DNA of 64,000 bases from the NCBI GenBank assembly GCA_038087875.1, contig CM075995.1:6016001-6080000 (forward strand), read 5' to 3'. Position numbers and translations under genes: made by a program. The notes under the pieces were generated by a model, which did no database searches, was not told the origin of the DNA, and worked only from the letters and a program-made list of their open reading frames with translations. Positions 1 through 13,045 of the stretch are shown one piece after another (position 1 is the first letter of the stretch; the number at the start of each line of letters is the position of its first letter). This DNA is from Malacoraja senta (Eukaryota).

Positions 1-769
1 AACCATCCACCATTACTCTCTGGCATCTCCCATTCAGCCACTGTTGAATCCATCTTGCTACTCCACCATTAATATCAACCATTGAACCTTCTTATCCAAC
101 CTTCCGTGAGGAACCTTGTCAAAGGCCTTACTGAAGTCCATATATACAACATCCACGGCTTTACCCTCATCAATTTCCCGAGTAACCTCTTCAAAAAATT
201 CAAGAAGATTAGTCAAACATGACCTTCCAGGCACAAATCCATGTTGACTGTTCCTAATCAGCCCCTGTTTATCCAGATGCTTATATATATTATCTCTAAG
301 TATCCTTTCCATTAATTTGCCCACCACTGACGTCAAACTAACAGGTCTATAATTGCTAGGTTTACTCTTAGACCCCTTTTTAAACAATGGAACAACATGC
401 GCAGTACGCCAATCCTCCGGCACTATTGCCGTTTCCAATGATATTTGAAATATTTCTGTCATAGCCCCTGCTATTTCTACACTAACTTCCCTCAATGTCC
501 TAGGGAATATCCTGTCCGGACCTGGAGACTTATCCACTTTTATATTTCTCAAAAGTGTCAGTACTTCCTCTTCTTTGAATCTCATAGTTTCCATAGCTAC
601 TCTACTTGTTTCCCTTACCTCACATAATTCAATATCCTTCTCCTTGGTGAATACCGAAGAAAAGAAATTTATCAATATCTCCCCCATCTCTTTTGGCTCT
701 GCAGATAGCTGTCCACTCTGACTCTCTAATGGACCAATTTTATTCCTTGTTATCCTTTTGCTATTAATA
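1..769 (-). mobile_element. CR1 LINE ORF2 fragment (linker + start of RT), 5'-truncated, runs off window edge
   Basis: Translation KSPGPDRIFPRTL..NYRPVSLTSVVGKLME..QHGF..DFSKAFDKVPH; near-identical by eye to 61790-62530. Confidence 0.9.
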
Positions 770-2700
770 GCCCATTTGATGTTTTCCTGGAGTTTATCCA
801 GCAGGCCTTTGGTGCATGCTTCTGTTGTTGTTATTGTGGTCAAGTCATCCATGTACGCCCTGATTGGAGGAAGACGCAGCCCACCCTTCAAGCGTTCGCC
901 TCCGACCACCCATCGTGATGCTCGAATGATGAGCTCCATTGCCATGGTGAAAACCAGAGGAGAAATGGTACAGCCAGCCATTATGCCTACCTCAAGGTGG
1001 TGTTGTCCTGTGTTGTGACGCAGTACTGGAGGTCCTGGAAGTAAGCGATTACCAGCTTTGTGATGACCTCTGGGACCTACAAGAAATTAAAAGCTGCCCA
1101 AAGAGTCTCATGGGGCACCGAACCAAACGCATTGGCAAGATCTAAGAAAACCACATTCAGATCTCTCTTTTCCTTCTTGGCAGTTTGTATCTGGTGCCAG
1201 ATGACGTTTGCATGTTCCAGACATCCTGAGAAACCACGTACCCCTGCTTTCTGCACTGATGTGTCAATTAAGTTGTTGCTCTGCAAAAAAGCTGAGAGTC
1301 TTTGGGTCACAACACCAAAGAAGATATTTCCTTCCATGTTCAGATTGGCTAATGGTTGAGGAGTTCTTTTCTTTGGGAATTAAGATCCCCCCTGCCCTTC
1401 GCCATGCCTTAGGTATGATTCCTTTCCCCCATGCCACTTTCATTAACTTCCAAAGGTATTTCAGGGCACCAGGGGTGTTCTTATAGAGCCTGTATGGAAT
1501 CCCATTGGGCCCTGGGGCTGATGCTGTTGTGCCCGTTTGACTGTGTTCTCCACCTCCTTCAATGTAGGAGGCCTTATGTCCATCTGGTGCTCAGGTGGGT
1601 GGATAGGTGGCATGTCATCTGGAATGGTGACTGGCTCATGCCTCCGGTTGTCAGAGTACGTCTTCCTCAGGTGCTCCTCCAGTTCCTTTACAGGTACTCT
1701 CAGGATCCCGCTCTTCTCCTTGACAAAGCGGCTTTTGCCAAACTTATACGGATCTCTGTAGAAACTTGTCCTCGCCCGTTCTTTCTTCTTGTGTTGCTTT
1801 CTCAGGCATTCTGCTCTTCGCAGGATTGCCAGGTGCTGCTTTATTTCTGCCTGCAGTGCCTCGAGTCCTTTCCTTTCTGCCTTGTGGCCTTCCTCCACTG
1901 TTTTCTCGGCTCCTTTCTTTCACCAGTCTTTTGATCTCGTGCTGCCTCCTGGACCTGTACTGGAGTGCTGGTTCCTTCTGTGTCCACTGTTTCATGACCT
2001 TCACCCCAAATCTCTCCGCCTCATAGTTGTATATGTTGACTCCCATCTTCTCCAGTTTTCTTTCCACACATCCCTTCAATCCTTCCAGAAGATGGACGAG
2101 GTCAGTGTTAATGGTCTCCCACTCTTTCCTCTGGCAGGATTTAGGCCACACGATTTGAGGCTTTTCCCCGTATATTTTTATCTCTACCGCTGACTGTGGC
2201 TGGTTGGGCTCTGGACTCGTGTCCGTTGGTGGTACTGTACCTGGTTGAGCTTCGCCTGGGGTGCTGATACCCTGTGGACTGTGGTGGTTATCCTGCCACT
2301 GGGCTTCACTCAACTGATTTGGCCTACCTCTTAGAAAGTAATGGTCAATGCGAGGCCCCAAGCTCTCTCAGGCACTTTTTCCTGCCCTGGTGGATCTTGA
2401 GATCCTTCTCTGATGTTATCTTTTCCCAGCCACAGATACAACTTCGTAGCTTATGTCCTGCAGGTGCTGCTGCTCTGTCAATTGCTGAGCAAGTTGTAAT
2501 ACTCATAGTCAATTCCGTTCCTAGGTCTGTTGCCATGTGGTCTGTCGATGAGTCATCTTGCGCCCCCGCTCTCGCAGACTCGAGGGGTATTCTTCGTCTT
2601 GTCTTTTTCGTAGCAATATATGGGTGGATCCAAAATGCTGATTAGCGATGGATCCTGCTGGCATGAGGAGCTAGCCCATGCCAGCCCCGGTGGGGTCTAT
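770..2700 (-). mobile_element. HERO-clade (R2-superfamily, RLE-type) non-LTR retrotransposon, 5' part, frameshifted
   Basis: N-terminal zinc finger CICG..IHQGRKKC (ORF 2345-2536); RT motifs QKAGVRGFSGCLEH..FLDLANAFGSVPH (1077-1337), MAGCTISPLVF and YMDD (ORF 58-981). Confidence 0.8.
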
Positions 2701-2874
2701 TGGATTGTATGCGGATAATGGAGGTTTGAATAGATTGAAATTTGTGTTAATACAGGAAAATCATGACCTTGTGGGAGTAAAAGCACCAATAAACCTCAAA
2801 CAAAAACCTGCATAAGAGAGTTTGAAGCATACTCCAGTGATTTTATTTTTAGAAATGTATATTACAAAAAGTAG

Positions 2875-3917
2875 GAGTGAACGGGTCCTTTTCAGAATGA
2901 CAGGCAGTGGCGAGTGGAGTGCCGCAAGGCTCGGTGTTGGGGCCGCAACTGTTTACCATATATACCATATATATTAATGATTTGGAAGAGGGAATTAGGA
3001 GCAACATTAGCAAGTTTGCGGATGACACAAAGCTGGGTGGCAGTGTGAACTGTGAAGAGGATGTTAGGAGGTTGCAGGGTGACCTGGACAGGTTGAGTGA
3101 GTGGGCAGATGCAGTATAATATAGATAAATGTGAGGTTATCCACTTTGGCGGCAAAAACAAGGGGGCAGATTGTTATCTGAACGGGGTTAGTTAAGGGGG
3201 AGGTACAGCGAGACCTGGGTGTCCTTGTACACCGGTCACTGAAAGTTGGCGTGCAGGTACCGCAGGCAGTGAAGAAAGCTGGCCTTCATAACAAGAGGAT
3301 TTCAGTATAGGAGTAGAGAGGTTCTTCTACAGTTGTATAGGGCTCTGGTGAGACCACATCTGGAGTATTGTGTGCAGCTTTGGTCTCCTAATTTGAGGAA
3401 GGACATCCTTGTGATTGAGGCAGTGCAGCGTAGGTTCACGAGATTGATCCCTGGGATGGCGGGACTGTCATATGAGGAAAGATTGAAAAGACTAGGCTTG
3501 TATTCACTGGAGTTTAGAAGGATGAGGGGGGATCTTAGAGAAACATATAAAATTATAAAAGGACTGGACATGCTAGATACACGAAAAATGTTCCCAATGT
3601 TCGGCGAGTCCAGAACCAGGGGCCACAGTCTTAGAATAAAGGGGAGGTCATTTAAGACTGAGGTGAGAAAAAACACTTTCTCCCAGAGAGTTGTGAATTT
3701 ATGGAATTCCCTGCCACAGAGGGCAGTGGAGGCCAAATCACTGGATGGATTTAAGAGAGAGTTAGATAGAGCTCTAGGGGCTAGTGGAGTCAAGGGATAT
3801 GGGGAGAAGGCAGGCACGGGTTATTGATAGGGGACGATCAGCCATCATCACAATGAATGGCGGTGCTGGCTCAAAGGGCCGAATGGCCTCCTCCTGCACC
3901 TATTTTCTATGTTTCTA
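2875..3917 (+). mobile_element. CR1 LINE 3' fragment
   Basis: [27 protein letters not shown] motifs; ends in TTCTATGT tail. Confidence 0.9.
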
Positions 3918-4694
3918 TTACATAATCTGCCTCATCTATAGTAAGTACAGTTGGGAACCATTGTAAATTCTATGGAATAACATGCAGAGAATAACTTAGG
4001 CTCTTCAAATCGTGTTTGGTCATTAAGCGATATAAGTTGCTTGATTTAATTAAGTATAATTTATATTGATTATTTGAATTGGTTTCAATCATTGGATCTT
4101 ATTTTGTAATTTGTGAATTCTAAGGAGAAATAACAAATGTTCATAGAAGAAGTAATGGAAGATGTGGGATGACTGGAGGGAAATAAGAAACTGCATATTA
4201 TCACTTTTAAATCTACAAATGCTCTTCTCCCCATTTGGCTTCATAGACGAATAATGGAAATGATACATACTTGACAAAGTCTGGGCCTCTTTTGCTTGAA
4301 GTTGTTACCTGTGCAACAATCTATAGCGAGTCCTTGGTAGACAAGCAACATTAATATACATCATCTGTACCTAGGATGTTCGAAAAAAAAATTAAAGTCT
4401 TTCATTCCCCCGATTTGTTAAGCAGAACTTTGAACATGCAATGATTAAAATCTCCCTGGGCTCTTATTGCAACCATTGTAGTTTACTGAATTAGGTCATT
4501 GTGACCTCAAGTACATGCTATTTGTGTATAATTTACTTATTTGTGATAAAACAAGCTAACGGTAAGATATTTGATCTCTCTCTCGGGTCTTGTCTTTGGT
4601 CCTTAATATTGCAAATATTTTTTCTTTCTTGACCAATGCAACTTGACGCTGAGCTTTTCACTTTTTTTGTACATTATGAAGAATGGTGCAGATT

Positions 4695-4717
4695 GTATGT
4701 GTGTGTGTGTGTGTGTG
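4695..4717. repeat. (GT)n microsatellite
   Basis: Direct reading. Confidence 0.9.
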
Positions 4718-5122
4718 GGAGATGTGAAAGACAATTGTGAAAACATCTCCGTGTAAAAACAAATTCAACTGGATTTCACAGAAGAATTGGTTGAATTATT
4801 TTAATATCAGCTCCCCAGCAGTGACATAGCACGTGATGCAATCAAGAATTTAGTGGAAAAAGTTGGTATTTTCTTGCATTGCTTTGTCGAATAACTTTCC
4901 AACTATAGCTTTTGAACAACACATGGGAAATGCTGTAGGTTTCTTAATAGGATAGAAATATGTGCATTATGGTCCCATGGGTGAGAGTTTTATGCATTTG
5001 CCAGCTATTTAAATTATCTCAAAATTTGCATTTGTGCCTATAGCCATTGGATTTCAAGATGAGTCACCACAGATAAGATCTTATTGTTGTATAATTGTAA
5101 ACATTATTTTAATGTTTTGCAG

Positions 5123-5231
5123 GTTTAATTACCGATCTACACATTATCTTGCATCCCATGGATTCTATGATTTTCTAAATTGGTTTGATGAAAGAGCATG
5201 GTATCCTCTAGGAAGAATAGTTGGAGGAACG
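5123..5231 (+). CDS. STT3B: STT3B coding exon (ortholog of exon 2), 109 bp
   Basis: tgcAG|G..ACG|GTaag; [36 protein letters not shown] matches STT3B rather than STT3A. Confidence 0.95.
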
Positions 5232-5890
5232 GTAAGAATGGAATATTCTAAAAATATTGGTGTTTAAATATGCAAGTCAACATGAAGTGAAAAATTAAAA
5301 CTTCATGACTGGTACAACATTGTTGGGTAGAACAAATTGTACCATAAAATACAGGATCTGATTTATTTTGTTTAGTAACATTTTTATCAACAAGATACGA
5401 TAATTCCTTAAATTAGGAGAGTCCTTATCACTAACATGAATAAATCCATTGTCATGTTTTGCAGTATTCCATAAAGCTGAATAAGCATTTATGAATATTA
5501 TATATCATGGTATGGTGGGAAGAGTGGTTAGTTTGAAGATTGGAAGAGTCGTAGCAGCAAGTAGTAATTACGCTGAGCAATAAGTTGCATTCAGTAATAA
5601 GTAAATTGAAATAATTAGCATCAACTTGCATACTCTAAGAGCTTTCACATTGTGTACGGTATTATCATCAGTGAGATGAATTTCCTCGGGATGTATTTTT
5701 ACAGGCACTTGACTGAAAAGACTTTCCAATAGGCATATGGATATGAAGAGATTGGGGTTATGTGCAGATAGAAAAGTGACAGCCTCGAAATCATGTTTGG
5801 CACAGACATTTTGGGCCAAAGGGCCTGTTCTTGTGCTGCACTGTTCTATGTTCTTTAAATGAGCCCATCTCCGCAAAATGAAAATTAACA

Positions 5891-6716
5891 GAGATGCTGC
5901 CTGTCCCGCTGAGTTACTCCAACATTTGTGTCTACCTTCGATTTAAACCAGCATCTGCAGTTCTTTCTTACACATATTGTCTGCTCCACTGCAAAATCTC
6001 CTCACGGTATGTCTACTTTGAAGAAGCTCTCCTCCTCTCTCTGATGAGAGTTCAACAACATCCTCTCACTGCTCCCCCTCTGTGATTCCTCCTTCCTTCT
6101 ACGACCACATCCTAACCCAGACCCTCACCCAGACCTACAACAGACCCCAACTGCACTTCAATCAACGCTAGATCCATGCCCTCAACAAATGCTTCCTTTC
6201 CTACCTGGACTCCACAAAGGATCGCAGACTTGTCCGCCTCCAGACCGGTTCACCATACCCCTTGACCTCCCCCTTTTTGATACGGAACGGTCGTTTTATC
6301 TTCTCCCCAAAATAGTCCTCATGCCCCCCTCCTCTCTGAACACCCACCATCCCCCCCCCCCCCCCCCCCACCAGACATCGGCTCGGCCTCCATCTACTCA
6401 CCTGCCTTCCTCCAACCCCAACCCCCACCCTTGCCATATTACGTGATCTCCCGGTTGCTCAACACTGCAACTCCCCCTCCCATTCCCAATCTGATCTTTC
6501 TGTGACCTCTAACTTCAAATAACCCTTGCTTTCCCTCTCTATCCCCTCCCCTTTCCCAGTTTCCCCACCAGTCTTACATGTCTCTGACTACATTCTATCT
6601 TTGTCCCGCCCATTTCCCTGACATCAGTCTGTAGTAGGGTCTCAACCCGAAACCTCACCCATTCCTTTTCTCCAGAGATGCTGCCTGAGTTACTCCAGCA
6701 TTTGTGTCTATCTTCA
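5891..6716 (+). mobile_element. Internally deleted Penelope-like element with partial direct terminal repeats and a degenerate hammerhead core
   Basis: TSD AAAATTAACA at 5881-5890 and 6717-6726; repeat GAGATGCTGCCTG..GAGTTACTCCA at both ends; FTIPLDLPLFDTERS resembles the PLE ORF N-terminus; 3' end matches 55660-55990. Confidence 0.75.
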
Positions 6717-7644
6717 AAAATTAACATTTGTTCCTTTTGAATGATAATCGTTCTTAACAAGTTGCTTTAAGTACTATTATTATGGGGTGGGGTGTATAAT
6801 TTAAGGCTAGAAATTACAAACATGCCAGGTGGAACTTGACTCAATAGCCTTCAACAAACAAAAGCAAGCTGACTTTCATATCAACTGCATGGATTGGATT
6901 TGAACTTTGATTTGAAAGGACATTGTGGAGATTTGTCATTCAATTACCCACATTTTTAAAGTTCTGGATCTGGTCTTCTGCTCTTGGTGCAGGTATAGTT
7001 TAATTTATTGTCACGTGTACAGTGAAAAGCTTTTGTTGCGTGTTAACCAGCCAGCAGAAAGACAAAACATGATTACAATTGATCTTTGGGGGAAGATCAT
7101 TTCTCTGTTAAAGATCTAAAACATGGCAGAGTGAATCTGCATTCACATTCTCATCTCCCAATGTGGAAACTGGAGAACATAACAGGGGATCTAGGTGATG
7201 GCTAACTCAAGACCATCTTCAAGCTTTGTACAAGATGTTGGCGAGACCACATTTAGAGTGTTCTATGCAGTACTGGAAGGATGTCATAAAGCTGGAAAGA
7301 GTCATAAGTGATAGGAGCAGAATATAGTCTGTGATCATACCCTGTGGTACAGCAGCAGTTCCAACCTCAGTGAAGACTGGTGTCAAGTAAAGCTAGGTCA
7401 TTGTCTCAGCATTTAATCTTTCATGTTGCAATACAACATTTGGCCTCCCACAGGTTTCCTGCTGGAATGGGGCTAATCTGTAGGGCAAAAATAAACTCTT
7501 GAATCTACATTCCCTCCATTCCAGAACCAAGGTCACACCAATTTTTATCAGGTGGCTGCGGTTTGCTGTTTTGTCTTGTGCAAGTGGATGTTCAGAGCTC
7601 CCAGTCCTTGGCAACTCAAACACTGAATGAGTTGTACTTTCATC

Positions 7645-8108
7645 CACAGGACTCGGGAACAGCCTCTTCTTCCTGTTATCAGGCTTCTAAATAGTCCTTC
7701 AATAAGATAGGATTCACCTCAACCGCAAGGGACTGCATGGAATGTAGGTTCAACTGCAGATGCAGGTTTACAAGAGAAGACCACAATTAGTCTGAAGAAG
7801 GGCGCCAACCTGAAACATCACCTAGGCATGTTCTCCAGAGATGTTGCCTGACCTGCTGAGTTACTCGGGCACTTTCTCATCATTTTTTAAAAAACAGCAT
7901 CTCCAGTTCCTTCTTTCTACTTGTCTCTGGAATGTTGTGCTACAATGCTGAGAGTTATATTCTGCACAATCTACCATTTCCTTTGCTCTACCCATTACTT
8001 GAGTTCGGCTTGATGTATCTATATATAGTATTATCTGATTTGATTGGATAGCATACAAAACAAAGCTTTTCACCTTACCTCAGTACATTTGACAGTAATA
8101 AACCTAAA
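7645..8108 (+). mobile_element. Rex1/Babar LINE 3' remnant interrupted by a PLE-LTR fragment (about 7742-7920)
   Basis: Matches reverse complement of 9561-9860; CTGAAGAAGGG..GAAACATCA core at 7792-7820. Confidence 0.6.
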
Positions 8109-8444
8109 TTTAAAAAGTGCCATTGCATCGTGACCGACCGCTACCTAATCTAAATTGCCAGTTTTATTTTCCTAGCTTTGCTTTTAAGCCCTTAAAATTT
8201 CCTTTAATTTTAAAATACTGGTATTCAATTCCTATTATGATCACTGGTAGCTGGAAGTGATGGTCATTAACTAATCTTGTCTCTTTGCCCAATACACCTT
8301 AGATGCAAAAGTGGTGTTTAAGAAGCTTTCAGATAGACATGTGGAAGTAGATCATGTACAGGCTGATGAGATCAGATTAACTTGGTGTCATGTTCAGCAC
8401 AAACATTGTCGACCATTATGGCCAGTTCCTGTGCTGTACTGTTC

Positions 8445-9018
8445 TAGAGTCATAAAGTTCTACAGCATGGAAACAGGCCCTTCGGTCCAACTTGATCACA
8501 CTGGCCAATGTGTCCCACCTACACTAGTCCCAGCTGTCTGCATTTGTCCCATATCCCTCTAACCCTGTCCTATCCATGTACCTGTCTAAATGTTTCTTAA
8601 ACGCTGTGACAGTACCAGCCTCAACTACCTCCTCCGGCAGCTCGTTCCATATACCTACCACCCTTTGTGTGAAAAAGTTACCCCTCAGGATACTAGTAAA
8701 TCCTTCCCCCACTCCTTAAACCTATGTCCTCTGGTTCTCGATTCTCCTACTCTGGGCAAGAGACTCTGTGCATCTACCCGATCTATTCCTCTCATGATTT
8801 TATACACCTGTACAATCATTGCTCATCCTCCTGCGCTTCAAGTAATCGAGTCCTGGCCTGCTCAACCTCTCTCTATAGCTCAGGCCCTTGAGTCCTGGCA
8901 ACATCCTCGTAAATCTTCTCTGCACCCTTTCCAGCTTGACAATATCTTTCCTATAACATGGCGCCCAAAACCGAAAACAATACTCTAAATGTGGCCTCGC
9001 CAACGTCTTATACAACTG
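8445..9018 (-). mobile_element. CR1 LINE 3' fragment
   Basis: YKTLARPHLEYC; NFFTQRVVGIWNELPEEVV. Confidence 0.85.
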
Positions 9019-9480
9019 CTATGCGAAGGATGTTGTTAAACTGGAATGAGTACAGCGAAGTTTGAAGAGGATGTTATCAAGACACTAACTAGGGCCTGAA
9101 ATGTAGGGAGAGGTTGGACAGGCTTACACTATATTCCTTGCAGCGCAGGAGGATAAGGGGTGATCTTATAGAGGTTTATAAGACCATGAGGAGAATAAAT
9201 GGAGTAAATGCAGTCTTTTACCCGAAGTAGGGGAATCAAGAACCAGGCTGATACCCGGTTTAAGCTGAGAGGGAAAAGATTTAAGAGGAACCTGAGGGGT
9301 AACTTTTTTGCACGGGTATATAGAATGAGGTGCCAGAGGAGTTAGTTGAGGCAGGTACTATAACAACATTTAAAATACATTTGGACAGGTACATGGATAG
9401 AAAAGGTATGGAGAGATATGGGCCTAACACGGGCATATGTGACCAGTGTAGATGGGGCATCTTGGTCAGCATGGGCTAAT
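9019..9480 (+). mobile_element. CR1 LINE 3' fragment (older), back-to-back with the previous copy
   Basis: Degenerate CR1 ORF2 C-terminus and 3' UTR. Confidence 0.7.
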
Positions 9481-9560
9481 TGCGCCAAGGGGCATGCGTT
9501 AGTGTTGAATGGCTCAATGACACTAAGACAGAAATAAGAGTTTTAGATGAACTCGAGCCA

Positions 9561-10050
9561 GGTTTAGGTTTATTAATGTCACATGTACAGAGATACAACG
9601 AAAAACATTGTTTTACTTGCTGTTCAGTCAAATCAGATAATACTGTATGTAAATACAATCAAGCTGAATTGAAGTACAATGGGCAAAGCGAAAGATACAG
9701 ACTGCAGAATATAGTTCTCAACATTGTAGCGCACCAGTGCCAGATACAAAGCCTGATGTTCGCAATAGGGTAGAGCTGAATCAAGCAGGAAACTTAGCTT
9801 ATGGAAGGACCGTTCATAAGCCTGATAACAGGGTAAGAAGCTGTTCCTGAGTCTGGTGGTGCGTACTTTACTGTTTCTGTATCTTCTGCATGACAGTAAC
9901 GGGGAGAAGAAGGAATGACCTGGGTGGGACAAGTCTTTGATTACATTGGCTGCTTTCCCGAGGCAGCGTGAAGTAGATGGAGTTAACGTGGGGAGTCTGT
10001 TCCACATCCACAACCCTGGAATTTCTTGAGGTCTTGGACGGAGCTGTTCC
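9561..10050 (-). mobile_element. Rex1/Babar LINE 3' fragment
   Basis: CLGKAANVIKDLSHPGHSFFSPLLSCRRYRNSKVRTTRLRNSF is a typical Rex1 C-terminus. Confidence 0.75.
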
Positions 10051-10994
10051 CATATCAAGCTGACAGTATATTTTGGAGTAGTCTGCAAAATAGCAGCAAC
10101 CATGGACAGAATTCCTGACAATGCAAAGCTATCATGTATTACCAGTTCTGGCAGCGCTGTGCTAGTTCCAACAATCTTCATACATGCTGCTATAATCATA
10201 ACAGAAAATTAAACTGTTGTTATTCAATCCATGAATTTTGTTACCTATTCACCAGTTTCTCATTAAAAGATGAATGCATGTCAAGAGGCCTTGGCAACAT
10301 TGACACTTGTTAGATTTGGGACAGTTGAAATGTAAATTTTGGCATGAATGCATCCCTGTTGGCCTGATCCACCGTATCTGTATATACACATAAATTAATG
10401 AACAGGCTTGTAAATCAGCTTGATAAAAACGTTTAGAAGTGTTTTGGATCCAGTAAATGAATTCAAGTAATTGTTTTTTGTTTAAAAGATATTGTTTTTC
10501 TATTCACTAAGTTCCTAAAAATTAAAGCAGCCTACTTGTAAATCTCTGCTCCTACTCCAAAGCTACAGATCAGGGCGGTTTTGTCTTTTTTTAAACATCA
10601 CCAATTCCTTCTCTCCAGAGATGCTGCCTTTCTCTGAGTTACTCGAGCATTTTGTGTCGATCCAGAGGAGTTTAATTTATTCTAACTTGTGACATGTCAC
10701 TATCTTTACTTCAGCAGTTCCTTGCAAAGATTATCAAAATCTGTAAGTCTGTTTAGAGAGTGGGGCTCAACTTCATCCTGCATCATGATGGACCTGCCTC
10801 AGAGGATACTCAGAATCTGCTACAGAATACAGACTGGAAACCGAGCCACCTGCAGGAAAGCTGGCTGCTCATTTTGTAATTTGCATTCAGGTGTTTAGTC
10901 ATGCCCCTTTGTTCACTGAGCTCAGTCACAGTCTCATTTTAAATTGTCGATTCCTGTTGCCTACTGAATTAAGATTTAACAATATGTAAATGGA

Positions 10995-11318
10995 AGGCAT
11001 GGTAGAGTTGCTACCTTACAGCGCCAGAGACCTGGGTTCGATCCTGACTAGGGGTGCCGTCTGTAAGGAGTTTGTACGTTCTCCCTGTGACCGTTCGTAC
11101 GTTCTCCCCTTGACCGTTTTCTCCGAGATCTTCATTTTCCTCCCACACTCCAAAGACGTACAGGTTTGTAGGTTAATTGACCTACAAATGTAAATGTATA
11201 AATGTAAATTGAGCCTAGTGTGTGCAAAATAGTGTTAATGTGTGGGGATCGCTGGTTGGTTCAGACTCGGTGGGCTGAAGGGCCTGTTTCCATGCTATAT
11301 CTCTAAACTAAACTAAAT
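10995..11318 (+). mobile_element. tRNA-derived V-SINE (HE1-like)
   Basis: B box GGTTCGATCC, V-domain GGAGTTTGTACGTTCTCCC, CR1-like tail GGGCCTGTTTCC..(CTAAA)n. Confidence 0.8.
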
Positions 11319-12609
11319 TGAAGAGCATTGATTGAAAAGAGAGCTGAATCTTTTTATACACATTTAAAAAAATTGTTGAACATCTTCCTTAATGATGTTT
11401 AACCATTTGGTTAACGTTTTTCATATCGTTTAGAGCTAAATCTCTTCCTTACCAAGATACAAAAGTACTGTGAATTAAAAAATAAAAGTTGAAGTACAGG
11501 GTTAAAAGAACACAAATGCACATATCTCTCTAAAAAGATGAGGTGCTAGCTTTATCTGTAAAGAACCACAATGGATTTGGTGACGATGATGCCTGCAAAA
11601 GGCTGCCAGTAATTCCCTGATTTCCACATTTCAACAGTGCATGTCCAGCCAATCACAACAATAGAATGCCCATAGGAATTCATCAGGTCTATGCAATCAA
11701 AATTTAACACTGAACCCTGAGCTTCTACCAAAGGCTTAGCCAGAGAAGTATATTTGAAATGAGAGGTTAAATGCTGGAAACTAACAGGCCAGATAGAAAG
11801 GTTCAGATTAAGTATTCCATAGAGGGAAGGTTGAATGTCCAGTACTAAAGGTGAAGAAAGTTAAAGGAATAACTTAATTTCTGGAAGGCGTGAATAAGAG
11901 AAAGTATAAATTACCCAGCTGAGTGCCCCAACACAATGAAGAGACAATGCAAAGTGATCATTATTACCACTTTATTGTATAATCTAATTATAAACTAGCT
12001 TACACCATTCTCCATGTAGAATTGGAATCACATATACATATGGCTCAAACTTGTTACATGCATCAATCAGTAGCTTTAAAACCATCTGGTAGGTGAGAAA
12101 CCTTCACAATTAAAAGGTACGACTGTAACACACAAAACTCATTTGTGACTGGCAACCATCCATTTATCCCACTTAAAAGATATATAGATGTAATCTCTCT
12201 GCAGCCACACGCCCTCTTAACTTTTGAGGAACCTCGACTGTGCCACTCACCCAGTTGTATAAAAGTTCATTACAGTTTTTAAGTCACCGGGCATAATGAG
12301 TTTACATTAATTCCAAAAGTCTATTAATTCCACATGCAGGGAACCCGACACCATGGCTTCTACTCGCACAGTTGATGGCACAAAATGATAGCCATACAAA
12401 TATTGACCAGACTTGCTCTTAAATTTTTATACTTTATGCAAGTCTCCGGATGTCAATTATGTTTATTACTGTTCAAATCAGTTATGGCTTTGACAAAGCA
12501 AAGCTTCAAACCCAGCTGGATTGAAATGATCTGGTTGAGTATGTATTATCAACACCAAATCTATGCAAACTTTAGGAACTGTAAAATTTAAACCTACATT
12601 TAAACCTAC

Positions 12610-12930
12610 ATCGATGCACAGAATCTCTTGCTCAGAGTGGGGAAATGGAGGACCAGAAGACATAGGTTCAAGTTGATGGGGAAAAGATTTAATAGGAGTC
12701 TGAGTGGTAACTTTTTCACACGAAGGGTGGTGGATGTATGGAACAAGCTGCCAGAGGAGGTAGTTGAGGCTGGGACTATCCCAACGTTTAAGAAACAGTT
12801 AGACAGATACATGGATAGGACTAGTTTGGAAGGATATGGACCAAATGCAGGCAGGTGGGACTAGTGTAGCTGGGACATGTTGGCCGGTGTGGGCAAGTTG
12901 GGCATATTTCCACACTGTATCACTCTGACT
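12610..12930 (+). mobile_element. CR1 LINE 3' fragment
   Basis: NFFTRRVVDVWNKLPEEVVEAG. Confidence 0.85.
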
Positions 12931-13045
12931 CTTTTTGTTTTTTTTCTTAGATCTTTAAGTACAGTTTTTAAAAATTAAGTGCATGCATAAATGTTAATTT
13001 AAAGATAACTTAATGAGGTTATTGTGTTGCTATTTTCCCCTGCAG

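Noticed and set aside
3302..3817. Recurrent antisense ORFs such as MPAFSPYPL.. (also 40138, 44732, 60436)
   Set aside because: They are shadow frames of the CR1 ORF2 3' end, repeated only because the CR1 is repeated.
10995..11050. tRNA genes at GGTTCGATCC sites (also about 31650 and 43475)
   Set aside because: These are SINE heads running into the V-domain; they do not form a complete cloverleaf.
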